This document shows positions 39,575 to 49,277 of a stretch of DNA of 64,000 nucleotides, piece after piece; positions within the stretch are counted from its first letter, which is position 1; each line of letters begins with the position of its first letter. The notes under the pieces were generated by a model. The model ran no database searches. It saw nothing but the letters and a program-made list of their open reading frames with translations, and was not told where the DNA came from. The stretch spans positions 1,272 through 65,271 of the forward strand of contig CBFHWX010000003.1 in assembly GCA_965659445.1 (NCBI GenBank), given 5' to 3'. The position numbers and the translations under genes are program-made. The stretch comes from Limisphaerales bacterium. Lineage in GTDB: Bacteria; Verrucomicrobiota; Verrucomicrobiia; Limisphaerales; UBA1100.

Positions 39575-40296
39575 TTTAAATAACCACCCGGCGCTACGCT
39601 GATTTGAAGCTTTGCATCTATGGCCTGATCGACCTCAAAGCGGTCTGTCGTTTTCAAGTAGGCCGCCACTGCCGTGTGCGGGTTGTTACCTTTATCCCAC
39701 GGGCGATCAGGAAACGACCCGGCAGGCATATCCTCAATGAGGGTATCACACACCACAAGGTAGCACTCTTTCGTAACCAACGGTGCGTACAACTCCAACT
39801 CGCGCAATACGTGGGCGTGTGTGTGATTTGAATCCAGCACCACCATAACACGTTCCACCTTTGCCGTAGCCTTGGCTACTAGCGCTGCAATTGCATCATC
39901 GATCGAAGAGCCCTCAATCATGTCAATGCGGTCATACATCGGATGCACCTCAATCTCCCCGCGGTTGTGCTCACGGATGTCGATGTCCACGCCGAGCACA
40001 CGGCCATCATTGCCGAGCAGTTGCAGCATGGAGGCGTGAAAAATCAACGAGCCACCGTGCGCGATGCCAGTTTCGACAATCAGATTTGGCCGTGTGTCCC
40101 AAATGATTTCCTGCAACGCAGCGAGATCCTGTGGGAACTGAATCACCGGCCGGCCAAGCCAAGTGAAATTATAAGTGTAATTGTGCGGTGCTATGGCGTT
40201 TATCCAATCGAGTGTCGCCTGCCGTACAGCAGCGTCTTCTCGCATGCCATCGATGTTTTCATGTACCTCAGCAAAGAAACGTGCCACTTCGCTCAT
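39559..40296 (-). CDS. CmcI/cephalosporin-hydroxylase-family methyltransferase (sugar O-methyltransferase type)
   Basis: YTYNFTWLGRPVIQFPQDLAALQEIIWDTRPNLIVETGIAHGGSLIF. ATGA overlap with the upstream stop. Confidence 0.8.
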   Translation of the reverse strand: MSEVARFFAEVHENIDGMREDAAVRQATLDWINAIAPHNYTYNFTWLGRPVIQFPQDLAALQEIIWDTRPNLIVETGIAHGGSLIFHASMLQLLGNDGRVLGVDIDIREHNRGEIEVHPMYDRIDMIEGSSIDDAIAALVAKATAKVERVMVVLDSNHTHAHVLRELELYAPLVTKECYLVVCDTLIEDMPAGSFPDRPWDKGNNPHTAVAAYLKTTDRFEVDQAIDAKLQISVAPGGYLKCVMD

Positions 40297-41003
40297 TCCA
40301 AGAAATCTTTCCAGTAAACCGTGCCGGAGGCAACCACTTCCCGACCGGGCCGACCACAATTCGCCACCAAATCCAGTGCAGTAACGTATGGTGTGAAGTC
40401 TCCGTGCAACTGGGGATAGGGACGTTTTTCATAGTTCATATATTCCACACGGATACCAGAAGCCTCGAATGATTCGTGATCCAAATAATCCCGCGCGCCA
40501 AGTCCGGTGATATAGCGTTCCGCCCCAAGCTCGTGGCAGATCGCCAGAACCCGCGCCGAACCTTCGTCATTGATTTTCATCTGTGATGACCAGCGAATAT
40601 CACCAGGTGTGATTTCAAAATACTCGGACAAAGCCTCAACACTTCCCGCACTCAACGCCGACAGCGAATCAGCTTCCTTCACCAATACCCCCTCTGCAAG
40701 CACCAGCATTTCATCAACACACGGCGCTTTTGCATAAGCTTGCTGGAGTGTGGAAAGATGTTTGCGCCGCCAATCGTGACCCGACAATTGGGTTTCATTA
40801 AGCGACTGCCCCAGTCTATTCTCCGCCAACGGCGCGGTAAGCCAAGGCGTGCCTTTATCCGATTTCAATTGCACGCGATTAAAAAAACCGCCTTTAGAAA
40901 ACTGTGCATCATCCAGATGCACCCAAACATCCGCCAAACGTACCTGCTCCAAAAGACCCACCCACGGAAAATACATTGGCTGCGAAATGACGATTGTTTT
41001 CAT
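40293..41003 (-). CDS. WbqC-family protein (unknown role in glycan biosynthesis)
   Basis: MKTIVISQPMYFPWVGLLEQVRLADVWVHLDDAQF is the WbqC N-terminal signature. ATGA overlap with the GNAT stop. Confidence 0.8.
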   Translation of the reverse strand: MKTIVISQPMYFPWVGLLEQVRLADVWVHLDDAQFSKGGFFNRVQLKSDKGTPWLTAPLAENRLGQSLNETQLSGHDWRRKHLSTLQQAYAKAPCVDEMLVLAEGVLVKEADSLSALSAGSVEALSEYFEITPGDIRWSSQMKINDEGSARVLAICHELGAERYITGLGARDYLDHESFEASGIRVEYMNYEKRPYPQLHGDFTPYVTALDLVANCGRPGREVVASGTVYWKDFLE

Positions 41004-41518
41004 TTCACCCTTTTCTCCATGCACACCACATCACGCCAACTCTTGCCATCGAGGTGATGACGCCGCAACAATCCCACTTCCTGAAACCCCACCTTGTGAT
41101 AAAAGGCAATTGCACGATGATTGATGCGCAGCACGCGCAATGAGAATTTTTTGCAGCGCAACTTCCGCCGCGCAAAGCCCTCCAACAATTCCAACGCCTC
41201 CATCGCCACGCCTTTGCCGCGCGCAGCACGCGCAAGGCAAATCCCCAAGTTGGACGTGCCACGGCGGCGATCGATTTGCGTGAGTTGCACAAAACCACGT
41301 GGGCCATCCGTATTCACTACGAAGAAAACGCCCTGCGAATCCTGCGTGCGACGGCGAATCCACGCTCGCACCTGGGTCGGAGTATAACGGCTCGGTTCAA
41401 TCATCAACTGCCGCTGCAGACTCAAATCATTACGAAGATCGGACAGGAAATCAAAGTCTCCATTCTGAGGTGGCCGCAATGCAACGCGATTGCCCTGAAT
41501 GATCAAGGAATCGCTCAT
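41000..41518 (-). CDS. GNAT-family N-acetyltransferase
   Basis: RimJ/RimL-like (VALRPPQNGDFDFL) with acetyl-CoA motif RGKGVAMEALELL. Confidence 0.85.
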   Translation of the reverse strand: MSDSLIIQGNRVALRPPQNGDFDFLSDLRNDLSLQRQLMIEPSRYTPTQVRAWIRRRTQDSQGVFFVVNTDGPRGFVQLTQIDRRRGTSNLGICLARAARGKGVAMEALELLEGFARRKLRCKKFSLRVLRINHRAIAFYHKVGFQEVGLLRRHHLDGKSWRDVVCMEKRVK

Positions 41519-41781
41519 AGATAAAAACCCCAGCATTGCCGTGGTTGTAGAATTTTGGCTACCGTAATTTCCTTAATGCTAGTAGCAGAGGAGCTCGACT
41601 CGGTGGAAAATGGCGAAGGCTCAATGTTCAAGCACGGTTGTTTAATGAGTAATCCAATAGACAGATGGATGCCAAGCTGAACAGGCCTAATGGCGGGAAC
41701 AATGTCGTAGATGCCGGACACTCCTGGGAAACTATCCTTGCTGGAAATCTCTGCTTGTTCTGGCATCAAGGAGGCGCTCAT
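41515..41781 (-). CDS. Hypothetical 88-aa protein, translationally coupled on both sides
   Basis: Its ATG overlaps the epimerase stop (ATGA at 41778-41781) and its TGA overlaps the GNAT start (ATGA at 41515-41518). No recognisable domain. Confidence 0.45.
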   Translation of the reverse strand: MSASLMPEQAEISSKDSFPGVSGIYDIVPAIRPVQLGIHLSIGLLIKQPCLNIEPSPFSTESSSSATSIKEITVAKILQPRQCWGFYL

Positions 41782-42308
41782 GAAATAAAATCTGGAAAGG
41801 TCGAATCGCGCACACACACGATGGGATCAGCGATGGGCCATTCGAGATTGAAGGCAAAATCATTCCAACGCACTCCATCGACGGCTTCCGGCGTATACGG
41901 CACGCTCATTTGATAAAACATTGTGGTGTTATCCACCAGCGTCTGGAAACCGTGCGCGAATCCCTGAGGAAGAAAAAGCGCAACACCATTGGCTGCGCTA
42001 AGTTCAGCGGCAAAGGACTGCTTGAAAGTCGGCGAATCCGGTCGTAGGTCCAACGCCATATCATATGCCGCTCCAGCCACGCAGCGCACCAGCTTGGTCT
42101 CGGAGTAAGGCGCAATTTGAAAATGTAATCCACGCAACGTGCCTCGCTGAGCATTGTGCGAAAGGTTACATTGGACGAGGTCAGAAGGCAGACCGTTCGC
42201 AACGAATTCCTCGCGGCACCATGCTCGGGCGAACCAACCACGCTCGTCCTCATGGCGCTCAAGTTCCACAATGTACACGCCAGATAGATTTGTTTCGGTA
42301 AACTTCAT
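41778..42308 (-). CDS. NDP-4-dehydro-6-deoxyhexose 3,5-epimerase (RmlC family)
   Basis: MKFTETNLSGVYIVELERHEDERGWFARAW...LRGLHFQ cupin signature. Confidence 0.9.
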   Translation of the reverse strand: MKFTETNLSGVYIVELERHEDERGWFARAWCREEFVANGLPSDLVQCNLSHNAQRGTLRGLHFQIAPYSETKLVRCVAGAAYDMALDLRPDSPTFKQSFAAELSAANGVALFLPQGFAHGFQTLVDNTTMFYQMSVPYTPEAVDGVRWNDFAFNLEWPIADPIVCVRDSTFPDFIS

Positions 42309-43528
42309 AACAACTCCACCTTCGGGATGGGGATCAGAAATTGTCCGCCGGCATTCCGGTAGGCGATTTGCTGCCCTAGGATTTCATCCATGAAATTCCA
42401 CGCCAACAATAAAGTCACTTCTGGCGCACGCTCAGCCAGTTTGTCAGCAGACACTATGGGCACATGTACGCCGGGCATGAGCCTGCCTTGCTTGTGCGGG
42501 CTACGATCAACAACGAAGGCAATCTGTTTGGTGTCTAATCGGCAGTAATTCAGCAATATCGTGCCTTTCGCTGCCGCGCCGTAGGCAGCAATAGTTTTGT
42601 CTTCGGCTAACAACGTCGTAATCTGTTCCCGAAGGGCCTTTCTAATACGATCGACCCTATCAGAAAAACCTTGATAAAAGGCCAGCGACATCACTCCCCT
42701 TTCTTTTTCCTCCGCGAGCAAAGCAGCCACAGTTTCATCAGCCTCATGATGCTCCTGCCGCACAAACAGGCGCAACGAGCCGCCGTGCAAAGGTGTCCGT
42801 TCAACAGTCGTGATACGCAGGTCGTGCCGGTCAAAAATTGGCTGCAGTGAGCAAAGGGTAAAATAAAAAACGTGTTCGTGGTAAATGGTATCAAATTCAC
42901 CATTTGTGATCGTTTCGGAGGCGTAGGGAAACTCAAGGATGACCCGTCCCTCCGGAGCCAGCAGGCACTTGAGCCCAGCAACGAAATCATTGATATCGGG
43001 AACGTGAGCAAATACATTGGAGGCGATGATGAGATCAGCCTGCTGCTTCATGGCCAGTTCCTTCGCTAATTTTTCCGAAAAGAAATCTACATGTGTCTGA
43101 ACACCTTTTTTTCGGGCGACCGCCGCAACATTTTCCGCTGGCTCAATTCCAAGATGTGGAATGCCGGCTTCAGCAAAGTTTCGAAGCAAATATCCATCAT
43201 TACTCGCGATCTCGACCACAAAATTTTCCGCATCTAAAGCGAACTCCTCTAAATAGCGAATTGAACAATCTTTAGCGTGCTTCACCCAGACGTTGGAGTA
43301 CGAGGAAAAGTAAACATACTCGCTGAAGAGTTGAGCCGGCGGAATGAGGTCGGTAAGCTGCAGCAACCAGCACTTAGTGCAAACCGCCAGACGCAAAGGG
43401 AAGATCGGCTCAAATTTATCGCGATCTTCGGGACTCAGAAAGTTGTTAGCCAAGGGTTGCTCTCCAAGGTCAAGGACCAACTCGCCGGCACGTGCTTCAC
43501 AAGAACGGCATTGAAAATCATCAACCAT
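42305..43528 (-). CDS. NDP-hexose C-methyltransferase (TylCIII-like, Zn-ribbon + SAM methyltransferase + C-methyltransferase C-terminal domain)
   Basis: N-terminal CRSCEA...VLDLGEQPLANNFL followed by a class I SAM fold (VVEIASNDG). Confidence 0.85.
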   Translation of the reverse strand: MVDDFQCRSCEARAGELVLDLGEQPLANNFLSPEDRDKFEPIFPLRLAVCTKCWLLQLTDLIPPAQLFSEYVYFSSYSNVWVKHAKDCSIRYLEEFALDAENFVVEIASNDGYLLRNFAEAGIPHLGIEPAENVAAVARKKGVQTHVDFFSEKLAKELAMKQQADLIIASNVFAHVPDINDFVAGLKCLLAPEGRVILEFPYASETITNGEFDTIYHEHVFYFTLCSLQPIFDRHDLRITTVERTPLHGGSLRLFVRQEHHEADETVAALLAEEKERGVMSLAFYQGFSDRVDRIRKALREQITTLLAEDKTIAAYGAAAKGTILLNYCRLDTKQIAFVVDRSPHKQGRLMPGVHVPIVSADKLAERAPEVTLLLAWNFMDEILGQQIAYRNAGGQFLIPIPKVELL

Positions 43529-43529
43529 A

Positions 43530-44600
43530 TTAAACTGCCCAAGCTACACCCTTTCCCTCGGCATCAGAAGTGAAAGCCTCAAGTTGGGTGAGGCTCAAGC
43601 CATGGATATCGTCTACTTTCACCACGTGGCGCTGGTGATACCAGCGAGCGGCACGTTGCACGGAAGTGGAAAAATCCCACACCGGCTGCCAGTCGAGCTG
43701 CTGACGCGCCTTATCGATGGCGAGAGAAAGCGTGGCGGCTTCGTGTGGGGCGGTGGGGTCGGAGGCGTCGTTCCATTCGCCGGGCCAGTGTTGGAGGAAT
43801 TGCTCAACCAACTCGCGGACAGGACGCTTAGACTCGGACTCGGGGCCGAAGTTGAAAGCCGAGGCGAAGGATTCGTCATCAGCCAAGCGAACGCCAAGCC
43901 AAAGGTAGCCGGATAGACAATCGAGCACGTGTTGCCATGGGCGCAAAGCGTTGGGATTGCGCACAGCAATGGATTCGCCGGCTTCCAGCGCACGCACGCA
44001 GTCAGGCACAATGCGATCCACACCGTAATCACCACCGCCAATGACGTTACCGGCCCGGGCAGTGGAGATACGGCCCTTAAAGGCGCGCCGCCAACTGTGT
44101 GTCATAATTTCGGCCGCGGCTTTGCTGGCGGAATAAATATCGTGCCCACCCAAGGCATCAGTCTCTATGAAGGCGTGAGAATCACCGTCGTTCTCGTAAC
44201 ACTTGTCGCTGGTGATGAGAACCACGGGACAGTCAATTTCATTTTGCCGCAGCACCTCAAGAATGTGCACAGTGCCAAGGACGTTTGTGATTGCGGTCTC
44301 AAGCGGCGCATCATATGAGCGGCGCACGAGCGGCTGGGCCGCTAGATGAAAAACAATGTCCGGAGTAGTTTTCGCAACAGTTTGTTCCACTATATCAAAC
44401 TCACCAATATCGCCGATAGTCTCGCTGGTAAATGTACCGGGGGTGAGTGTCTCATGGAAGTTAGGTGGTGCATGCGGGGCGAAGGCAAGACCATGAACGT
44501 GCGCCCCGAGGTCGCGAAGCCAAAGGCTAAGCCAAGCGCCTTTGAAGCCGGTGTGACCGGTTACAAGTACGGTTTTTCCGCTGTAAAACTTGCCGAACAT
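43530..44600 (-). CDS. rfbG: CDP-glucose 4,6-dehydratase
   Basis: FYSGKTVLVTGHTGFKGAWLSLWLRDLGAHVHG and YSASKAAAE of the SDR family. Confidence 0.9.
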   Translation of the reverse strand: MFGKFYSGKTVLVTGHTGFKGAWLSLWLRDLGAHVHGLAFAPHAPPNFHETLTPGTFTSETIGDIGEFDIVEQTVAKTTPDIVFHLAAQPLVRRSYDAPLETAITNVLGTVHILEVLRQNEIDCPVVLITSDKCYENDGDSHAFIETDALGGHDIYSASKAAAEIMTHSWRRAFKGRISTARAGNVIGGGDYGVDRIVPDCVRALEAGESIAVRNPNALRPWQHVLDCLSGYLWLGVRLADDESFASAFNFGPESESKRPVRELVEQFLQHWPGEWNDASDPTAPHEAATLSLAIDKARQQLDWQPVWDFSTSVQRAARWYHQRHVVKVDDIHGLSLTQLEAFTSDAEGKGVAWAV

Positions 44601-44603
44601 CCC

Positions 44604-45377
44604 CTACCAGATTTTCCACGGCGCGTTACCTGTGGCCCAGAGCTCTTCAAGTTGCTGCTGTTCGCGTTGGGTGTCCATGCACTGCCAGAAACCGGTGTGA
44701 CAATGGGCCTTAAGCTGGCCTTCATGGGCAAGGTTCGCCAGCGGTTCGCGCTCCAGAATGCAATCATCAGCAGTGAGGTATTCGCCAATACGCCGGTTGA
44801 ACACGAAGAAGCCGCCATTCACAAGGCGAGGTTCCTGATCGGGTTTTTCACTGAAGGCAGTAATGGAGCCTTCCCGAACTGAAAGCTCGCCAAACCGTCC
44901 AGCGGGCTTAACGGCAGTGGCGGTGGCGACTGCACCGTGGCTTTTGTGAAACTCAATGGAGTCGTTAATGTCACTGTCAGTCACACCGTCTCCGTAAGTG
45001 AAGAGGAAGTTGTCATCCTTCACGTGCGACAGCGCGCGCGCAAGACGACCACCGGTTTGGGTGTTCCCGCCGGTATCTAGCAGCGTCACCGTCCAATCTT
45101 CCTCATCGTGATGGGTATGATACTGTACCTCGGGCTCGCGACCGAGCTTAAGCGTCACGTCGCTGGTTTGCCAAAGGTAGTTTCGAAAAAAATCCTTGAT
45201 GATCTCACCCTTGTAACCGAGACAGAGGATGAACTCCTTATGCCCGTGATGGGCGTAGGTTTTCATAATGTGCCAAAGAATCGGCCGCCCCCCGATGGGC
45301 ACCATCGGTTTGGGACGATACTCCGTCTCCTCACGAAGACGGGTACCTTGCCCGCCGCATAGAATGACCACCTGCAT
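44604..45377 (-). CDS. rfbF: Glucose-1-phosphate cytidylyltransferase
   Basis: MQVVILCGGQGTRLREETEYRPKPMVPIGGRPILWHIMK. Confidence 0.9.
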   Translation of the reverse strand: MQVVILCGGQGTRLREETEYRPKPMVPIGGRPILWHIMKTYAHHGHKEFILCLGYKGEIIKDFFRNYLWQTSDVTLKLGREPEVQYHTHHDEEDWTVTLLDTGGNTQTGGRLARALSHVKDDNFLFTYGDGVTDSDINDSIEFHKSHGAVATATAVKPAGRFGELSVREGSITAFSEKPDQEPRLVNGGFFVFNRRIGEYLTADDCILEREPLANLAHEGQLKAHCHTGFWQCMDTQREQQQLEELWATGNAPWKIW

Positions 45378-45517
45378 GGCCGGAACGATAAACGGTATTG
45401 ACCTATTGATCAACTACGCTTCACCGTTACGGCACTAACCGATGGCTGCTGGTGAGCAAGTTGATACTTGCAACCCTTAGACGTAGCCCTTAATAAATTG
45501 GTGAGTCATCACAGTCG

Positions 45518-46528
45518 ATGAGAAGCCTATTACTCCGGATTTTCCCACCTGACGGCCGGACAACCCGGGGCGTAAGAAAATTGCTCCCAGTGTTGGATTT
45601 CATCATGACTCCCTTCACGTTTCTAGCCAGCACATGGCTCTGTGCCGTGCGAATGGCGGGAGTAAAACATTTCCCTTTTGCAAAGCGAATTTTTCGGAGC
45701 GTTGGCGTGTTTCCAATTCGCGACCATTTTTTTGAACCAATGGTAAACCCAACCCATCTGTGGAAGCCGCTGGATGAGAACCGCGAACTTCCGGGCATTG
45801 AACTGAATATTCAAGCCCAACTGGAACGGTTGGCTGAATTCGATTACAATGACGAACTGAAGCAAATCCCCCTCGAATGCAGCGAGCAGGGCAAGTTCTT
45901 CTACAACAACCCGGCATTTGGCTCAGGAGACGCAGAAATCCTCTACAGCTTCATCCGTTCGGAAAAACCCCGGCGATTCATAGAGGTCGGTAGCGGTTAC
46001 TCGACATTGTTAGCCAGACAAGCCATTGAGAAAAACAAGGCCGAAGATTCAGACTACGACTGCGAACTAATCTGTATTGAACCCTACGAAGCGCATTGGC
46101 TGGAGGAGTTGGGCATTCGAGTCATCAGGGAGCGCTTGGAGCATGTCCCTTTAGACATTTTCAAGCGGTTGAATTCAGGTGACATGCTCTTTATTGACTC
46201 TTCGCATGTGATCCGGGCGCAAGGGGACGTGGTACGTGAGTATTTGGAGATACTGCCGTCACTACGCCCAGGAGTGTTCATTCATATCCACGACATATAT
46301 ACGCCTAAGGATTACGTGCATTACGTGTTGGTTGAAGAAGCCTATATTTGGACGGAGCAATACCTACTTGAGGCACTGTTGATGGGCAACCCTTCATTCG
46401 AGATTGTTTTTTCCATCTACTATCTGGCGCACCATCACCGTGATGCGCTGCTGGCGAAATGCCCAATCCTGAAACAACAGATCGAACACAGGACCGGCGC
46501 CTCATTTTGGATCCGGAAGGTCAAGTAA
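45518..46528 (+). CDS. Putative class I SAM-dependent methyltransferase
   Basis: FIEVGSGYSTLLARQ...LICIEPY...FIDSSHV pattern. An alternative ATG is at 45605. Confidence 0.55.
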   Translation: MRSLLLRIFPPDGRTTRGVRKLLPVLDFIMTPFTFLASTWLCAVRMAGVKHFPFAKRIFRSVGVFPIRDHFFEPMVNPTHLWKPLDENRELPGIELNIQAQLERLAEFDYNDELKQIPLECSEQGKFFYNNPAFGSGDAEILYSFIRSEKPRRFIEVGSGYSTLLARQAIEKNKAEDSDYDCELICIEPYEAHWLEELGIRVIRERLEHVPLDIFKRLNSGDMLFIDSSHVIRAQGDVVREYLEILPSLRPGVFIHIHDIYTPKDYVHYVLVEEAYIWTEQYLLEALLMGNPSFEIVFSIYYLAHHHRDALLAKCPILKQQIEHRTGASFWIRKVK

Positions 46529-46531
46529 GGG

Positions 46532-47761
46532 TTAATCGCCTCGCCGACTGGCCCGTTTAATCCGGCCATGCACCTCCCTAAATGCCTTAAGAAGCGGGTC
46601 AGAGCCAAACCGCGCGATAAATTTGTTCTCCACCTTTTTTTCAGCATCCGAAAACGGCGGTGGCGGACCCGCCTCAATTGCCTCCTCCAACTTGGCTGCC
46701 AAGGATGTAACGCGCTGGTCACGAGTCTTCCTATCAAGCTCAACCACGAAAGAGCGAGAGTAACCCCGGATTATCTCGGGAATCCCACCTCGATCTGTAG
46801 TAACAATTCGGCGGCCCAACATCCGGGCCTCCGCAACCGTTTTTGGACACGCTTCCTCTACGACAGATGGACAGCACACCACATCATGTTTCCGGATGAG
46901 ATCTGCAACTGCGAGATGGGGAACAGATCGCAAGAGGCTGATGCGGGAATCCTTATCGGCTAGAGCTCGAACCCGGCTCTCGATGGGGCCATCAAAGCCC
47001 AGAACAGATATTTCGAAGGCTGAATTTAGCAAAGGCAATGCATCCATAAGCAAGTCGAGCCCCTTTTCTGCAGTCATGCGGCCTAAAAAAAGCAAACGGG
47101 CTGGTCCGTTATTCTCACGCGCAGAAAATGACTTAGCCGCATTAGCGATCAAATATTCTTCGATAGGTGGATGCACCAAATCCAACACCGGTCCGGCCGC
47201 AGGTGAATTCAAACAACTACGAACACGTTCACGGACAAATTCAGAGACACACATCACTGTGTGGCAACGTGCCAGTGCTTGACGAACCGCATTGTCACGC
47301 AACCCCATAAAGGCATTTAACACGAATGCTACCGGAGCTGGTAGTATCCCGGGAGACACCCTCTTGGGTACTGGTTCATGGAGCGTGAGAATCAGCGGCA
47401 CTCCATATACCTTGGCCAATGCGTCGGCCACCAGCAGTCCGTTCAAATCCTGACAATGTACTCCCTCAGGCGGGGACATATCCCTTAACAGCCGGAGCAT
47501 TTTTCGCCTGATCCACCAGTCAAACAACGGATTGTTCAGAAACAGGACAAATCGCTTGAACCATTGCTGGTTGAAACGTAAGGCCAGTGGGATCGGCAGT
47601 CTCAACAACTCTCCTGATTGATGCGATGGTCCGTTCTCAAAGCAAACCACTGGAACATTCCATCCCAGTTCATCCTTGAGCAGATTCCGAGTGGTACGTG
47701 CCACCAGTTCAGCACCGCCAAATTCGTGTTCAAAAAAATATGACACCAACAGTAACCGCAT
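46532..47761 (-). CDS. Glycosyltransferase family 4 (GT-B)
   Basis: N-terminal GGAELV and C-terminal EEACPKTVAEARMLGRRIVTTDRGGIPEII (EX7E-type). Confidence 0.85.
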   Translation of the reverse strand: MRLLLVSYFFEHEFGGAELVARTTRNLLKDELGWNVPVVCFENGPSHQSGELLRLPIPLALRFNQQWFKRFVLFLNNPLFDWWIRRKMLRLLRDMSPPEGVHCQDLNGLLVADALAKVYGVPLILTLHEPVPKRVSPGILPAPVAFVLNAFMGLRDNAVRQALARCHTVMCVSEFVRERVRSCLNSPAAGPVLDLVHPPIEEYLIANAAKSFSARENNGPARLLFLGRMTAEKGLDLLMDALPLLNSAFEISVLGFDGPIESRVRALADKDSRISLLRSVPHLAVADLIRKHDVVCCPSVVEEACPKTVAEARMLGRRIVTTDRGGIPEIIRGYSRSFVVELDRKTRDQRVTSLAAKLEEAIEAGPPPPFSDAEKKVENKFIARFGSDPLLKAFREVHGRIKRASRRGD

Positions 47762-48618
47762 CAGTCAACCGCATTAAATTCCGCAACCATGAGGGCATTG
47801 GCATAGGGCCACGGGCGGCCGAAGGGCGTGCCTACGGCCTGATGCCGCGCCACTTCGCTCCATTCCCGCGCGCTGCTGCGTAACATGAAACTTGCACGAT
47901 CCTGCCCAAGGGCATCCTTCTCAATTAATTGATCCAAGTCTGGATTATACCCCAACGGCACGGTGATCACCAAGCGTCCATCGGGTTTCAACAACGTCCG
48001 GCAAGCAACAATGGCGGTGAGAATTTTCTCGGCGGATTGGCCATCGGCATCGTCATCAAACCCAATGTGCTCGAAGGTGGAGAGTGAAAGAATGAGAGCA
48101 AACCGATGATCGGTTTGCCACATGGTGATATCCTCGTTGATGACGCCCTCGCCTGTTTCAAATTTGTCCAGAACTGTGTGGTCGTTCATTCCATAATGGG
48201 CCAGCACATTGCCGACCTCCAGCACCGGCCCCTGAATCTGCTCCAGATACCAGCAACCAAGCGAGACTTCAACGCAACGCTCGTTGCTCCAGGTAACATT
48301 GTAGTTTGCAAAATGGTAGGGCAACAGCTCGTCACAATACTTAAAGTGACCCTGACTGAGGAACGGCAAAACGAACGGCGAAATTATTTTTCGCAGCGGC
48401 AGCAGGAACAGTTCCCTCCAACCAAATCGTTTGGTAAACCATTGCACCTTGCTAACGAACCCGCTGTAAAGATGATCGTTTGTTACCATTGCAGCGACCA
48501 CCCAACCAAAGCCGCCTTGCACCGACAAGCCAATGTTGCGGGTAAAGTGCAATTGACTTGGCCGGTGCAACGGCGAATGCTTCACCAGCGCGCGCCGCAT
48601 GATCATCCACAAGCTCAT
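47761..48618 (-). CDS. Hypothetical protein with a methyltransferase-like core
   Basis: VLEVGNV...LILSLSTFEHIGFDDD...LLKPDGRLVITVP resembles a SAM methyltransferase fold. The start is uncertain. The stop overlaps the GT4 start (TGATG). Confidence 0.45.
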   Translation of the reverse strand: MSLWMIMRRALVKHSPLHRPSQLHFTRNIGLSVQGGFGWVVAAMVTNDHLYSGFVSKVQWFTKRFGWRELFLLPLRKIISPFVLPFLSQGHFKYCDELLPYHFANYNVTWSNERCVEVSLGCWYLEQIQGPVLEVGNVLAHYGMNDHTVLDKFETGEGVINEDITMWQTDHRFALILSLSTFEHIGFDDDADGQSAEKILTAIVACRTLLKPDGRLVITVPLGYNPDLDQLIEKDALGQDRASFMLRSSAREWSEVARHQAVGTPFGRPWPYANALMVAEFNAVD

Positions 48619-49273
48619 CCGCCTGCATTTTAATTATGAAAAAAATGCGCACGCGTTTTTTGAATTACAGGCGCGGGATGCCATCTCTTGGCTACAGCAA
48701 GGCGGATTAGAAATTGGCCCGGAAACTCGAATGCTGGATCTTGGTTGTGGGCACGGTTACTTCGGCCGTACCTGTAAGGAACTGGGCGCGCAAGTTACTT
48801 TCGGCGACCTCGAAGATTTGCGCCTTGAAGAATTAAAAAAGGAACCTTTCCAGCAGATCGATCTCAACACCGCCGACCTGGGGGCCTTCGGAGAGTTTGA
48901 TTTGGTGGCCTGCTCCAACGTTCTTGAGCATCTTGCAAAGCCGAACCACCTACTCAAAGGCATACCCAAGCTACTCAAACCAAGCGGGCATTTTTATCTC
49001 AGCTGGACCAACTGGCTTTCGCCTTGGGGCGGGCATGAATTTTCGCCCTGGCATTATATGGGCAAACGCACCGGGCCTATTCACACCGTCGGAAAAAATT
49101 TATTCCCCACTTACATCGGGTCGGTGATTGGAGAAGTGTGCGCGCAGGATCGCCTTACCTTGCGGCGCATGGCCCCGCGTTATTACAATGAACTGGCTTT
49201 TCTGATGCGGCTTCCATGGGCGCGGGAATTTCTCGCGTGGAATTGTGCGATGCAAATTCAGCGCGCATCGTGA
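48599..49273 (+). CDS. Class I SAM-dependent methyltransferase
   Basis: RMLDLGCGHGYFG...DLVACSNVLEHL...LLKPSGHFYLS. Confidence 0.75.
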   Translation: MIIHKLIRLHFNYEKNAHAFFELQARDAISWLQQGGLEIGPETRMLDLGCGHGYFGRTCKELGAQVTFGDLEDLRLEELKKEPFQQIDLNTADLGAFGEFDLVACSNVLEHLAKPNHLLKGIPKLLKPSGHFYLSWTNWLSPWGGHEFSPWHYMGKRTGPIHTVGKNLFPTYIGSVIGEVCAQDRLTLRRMAPRYYNELAFLMRLPWAREFLAWNCAMQIQRAS

Positions 49274-49277
49274 GGGC

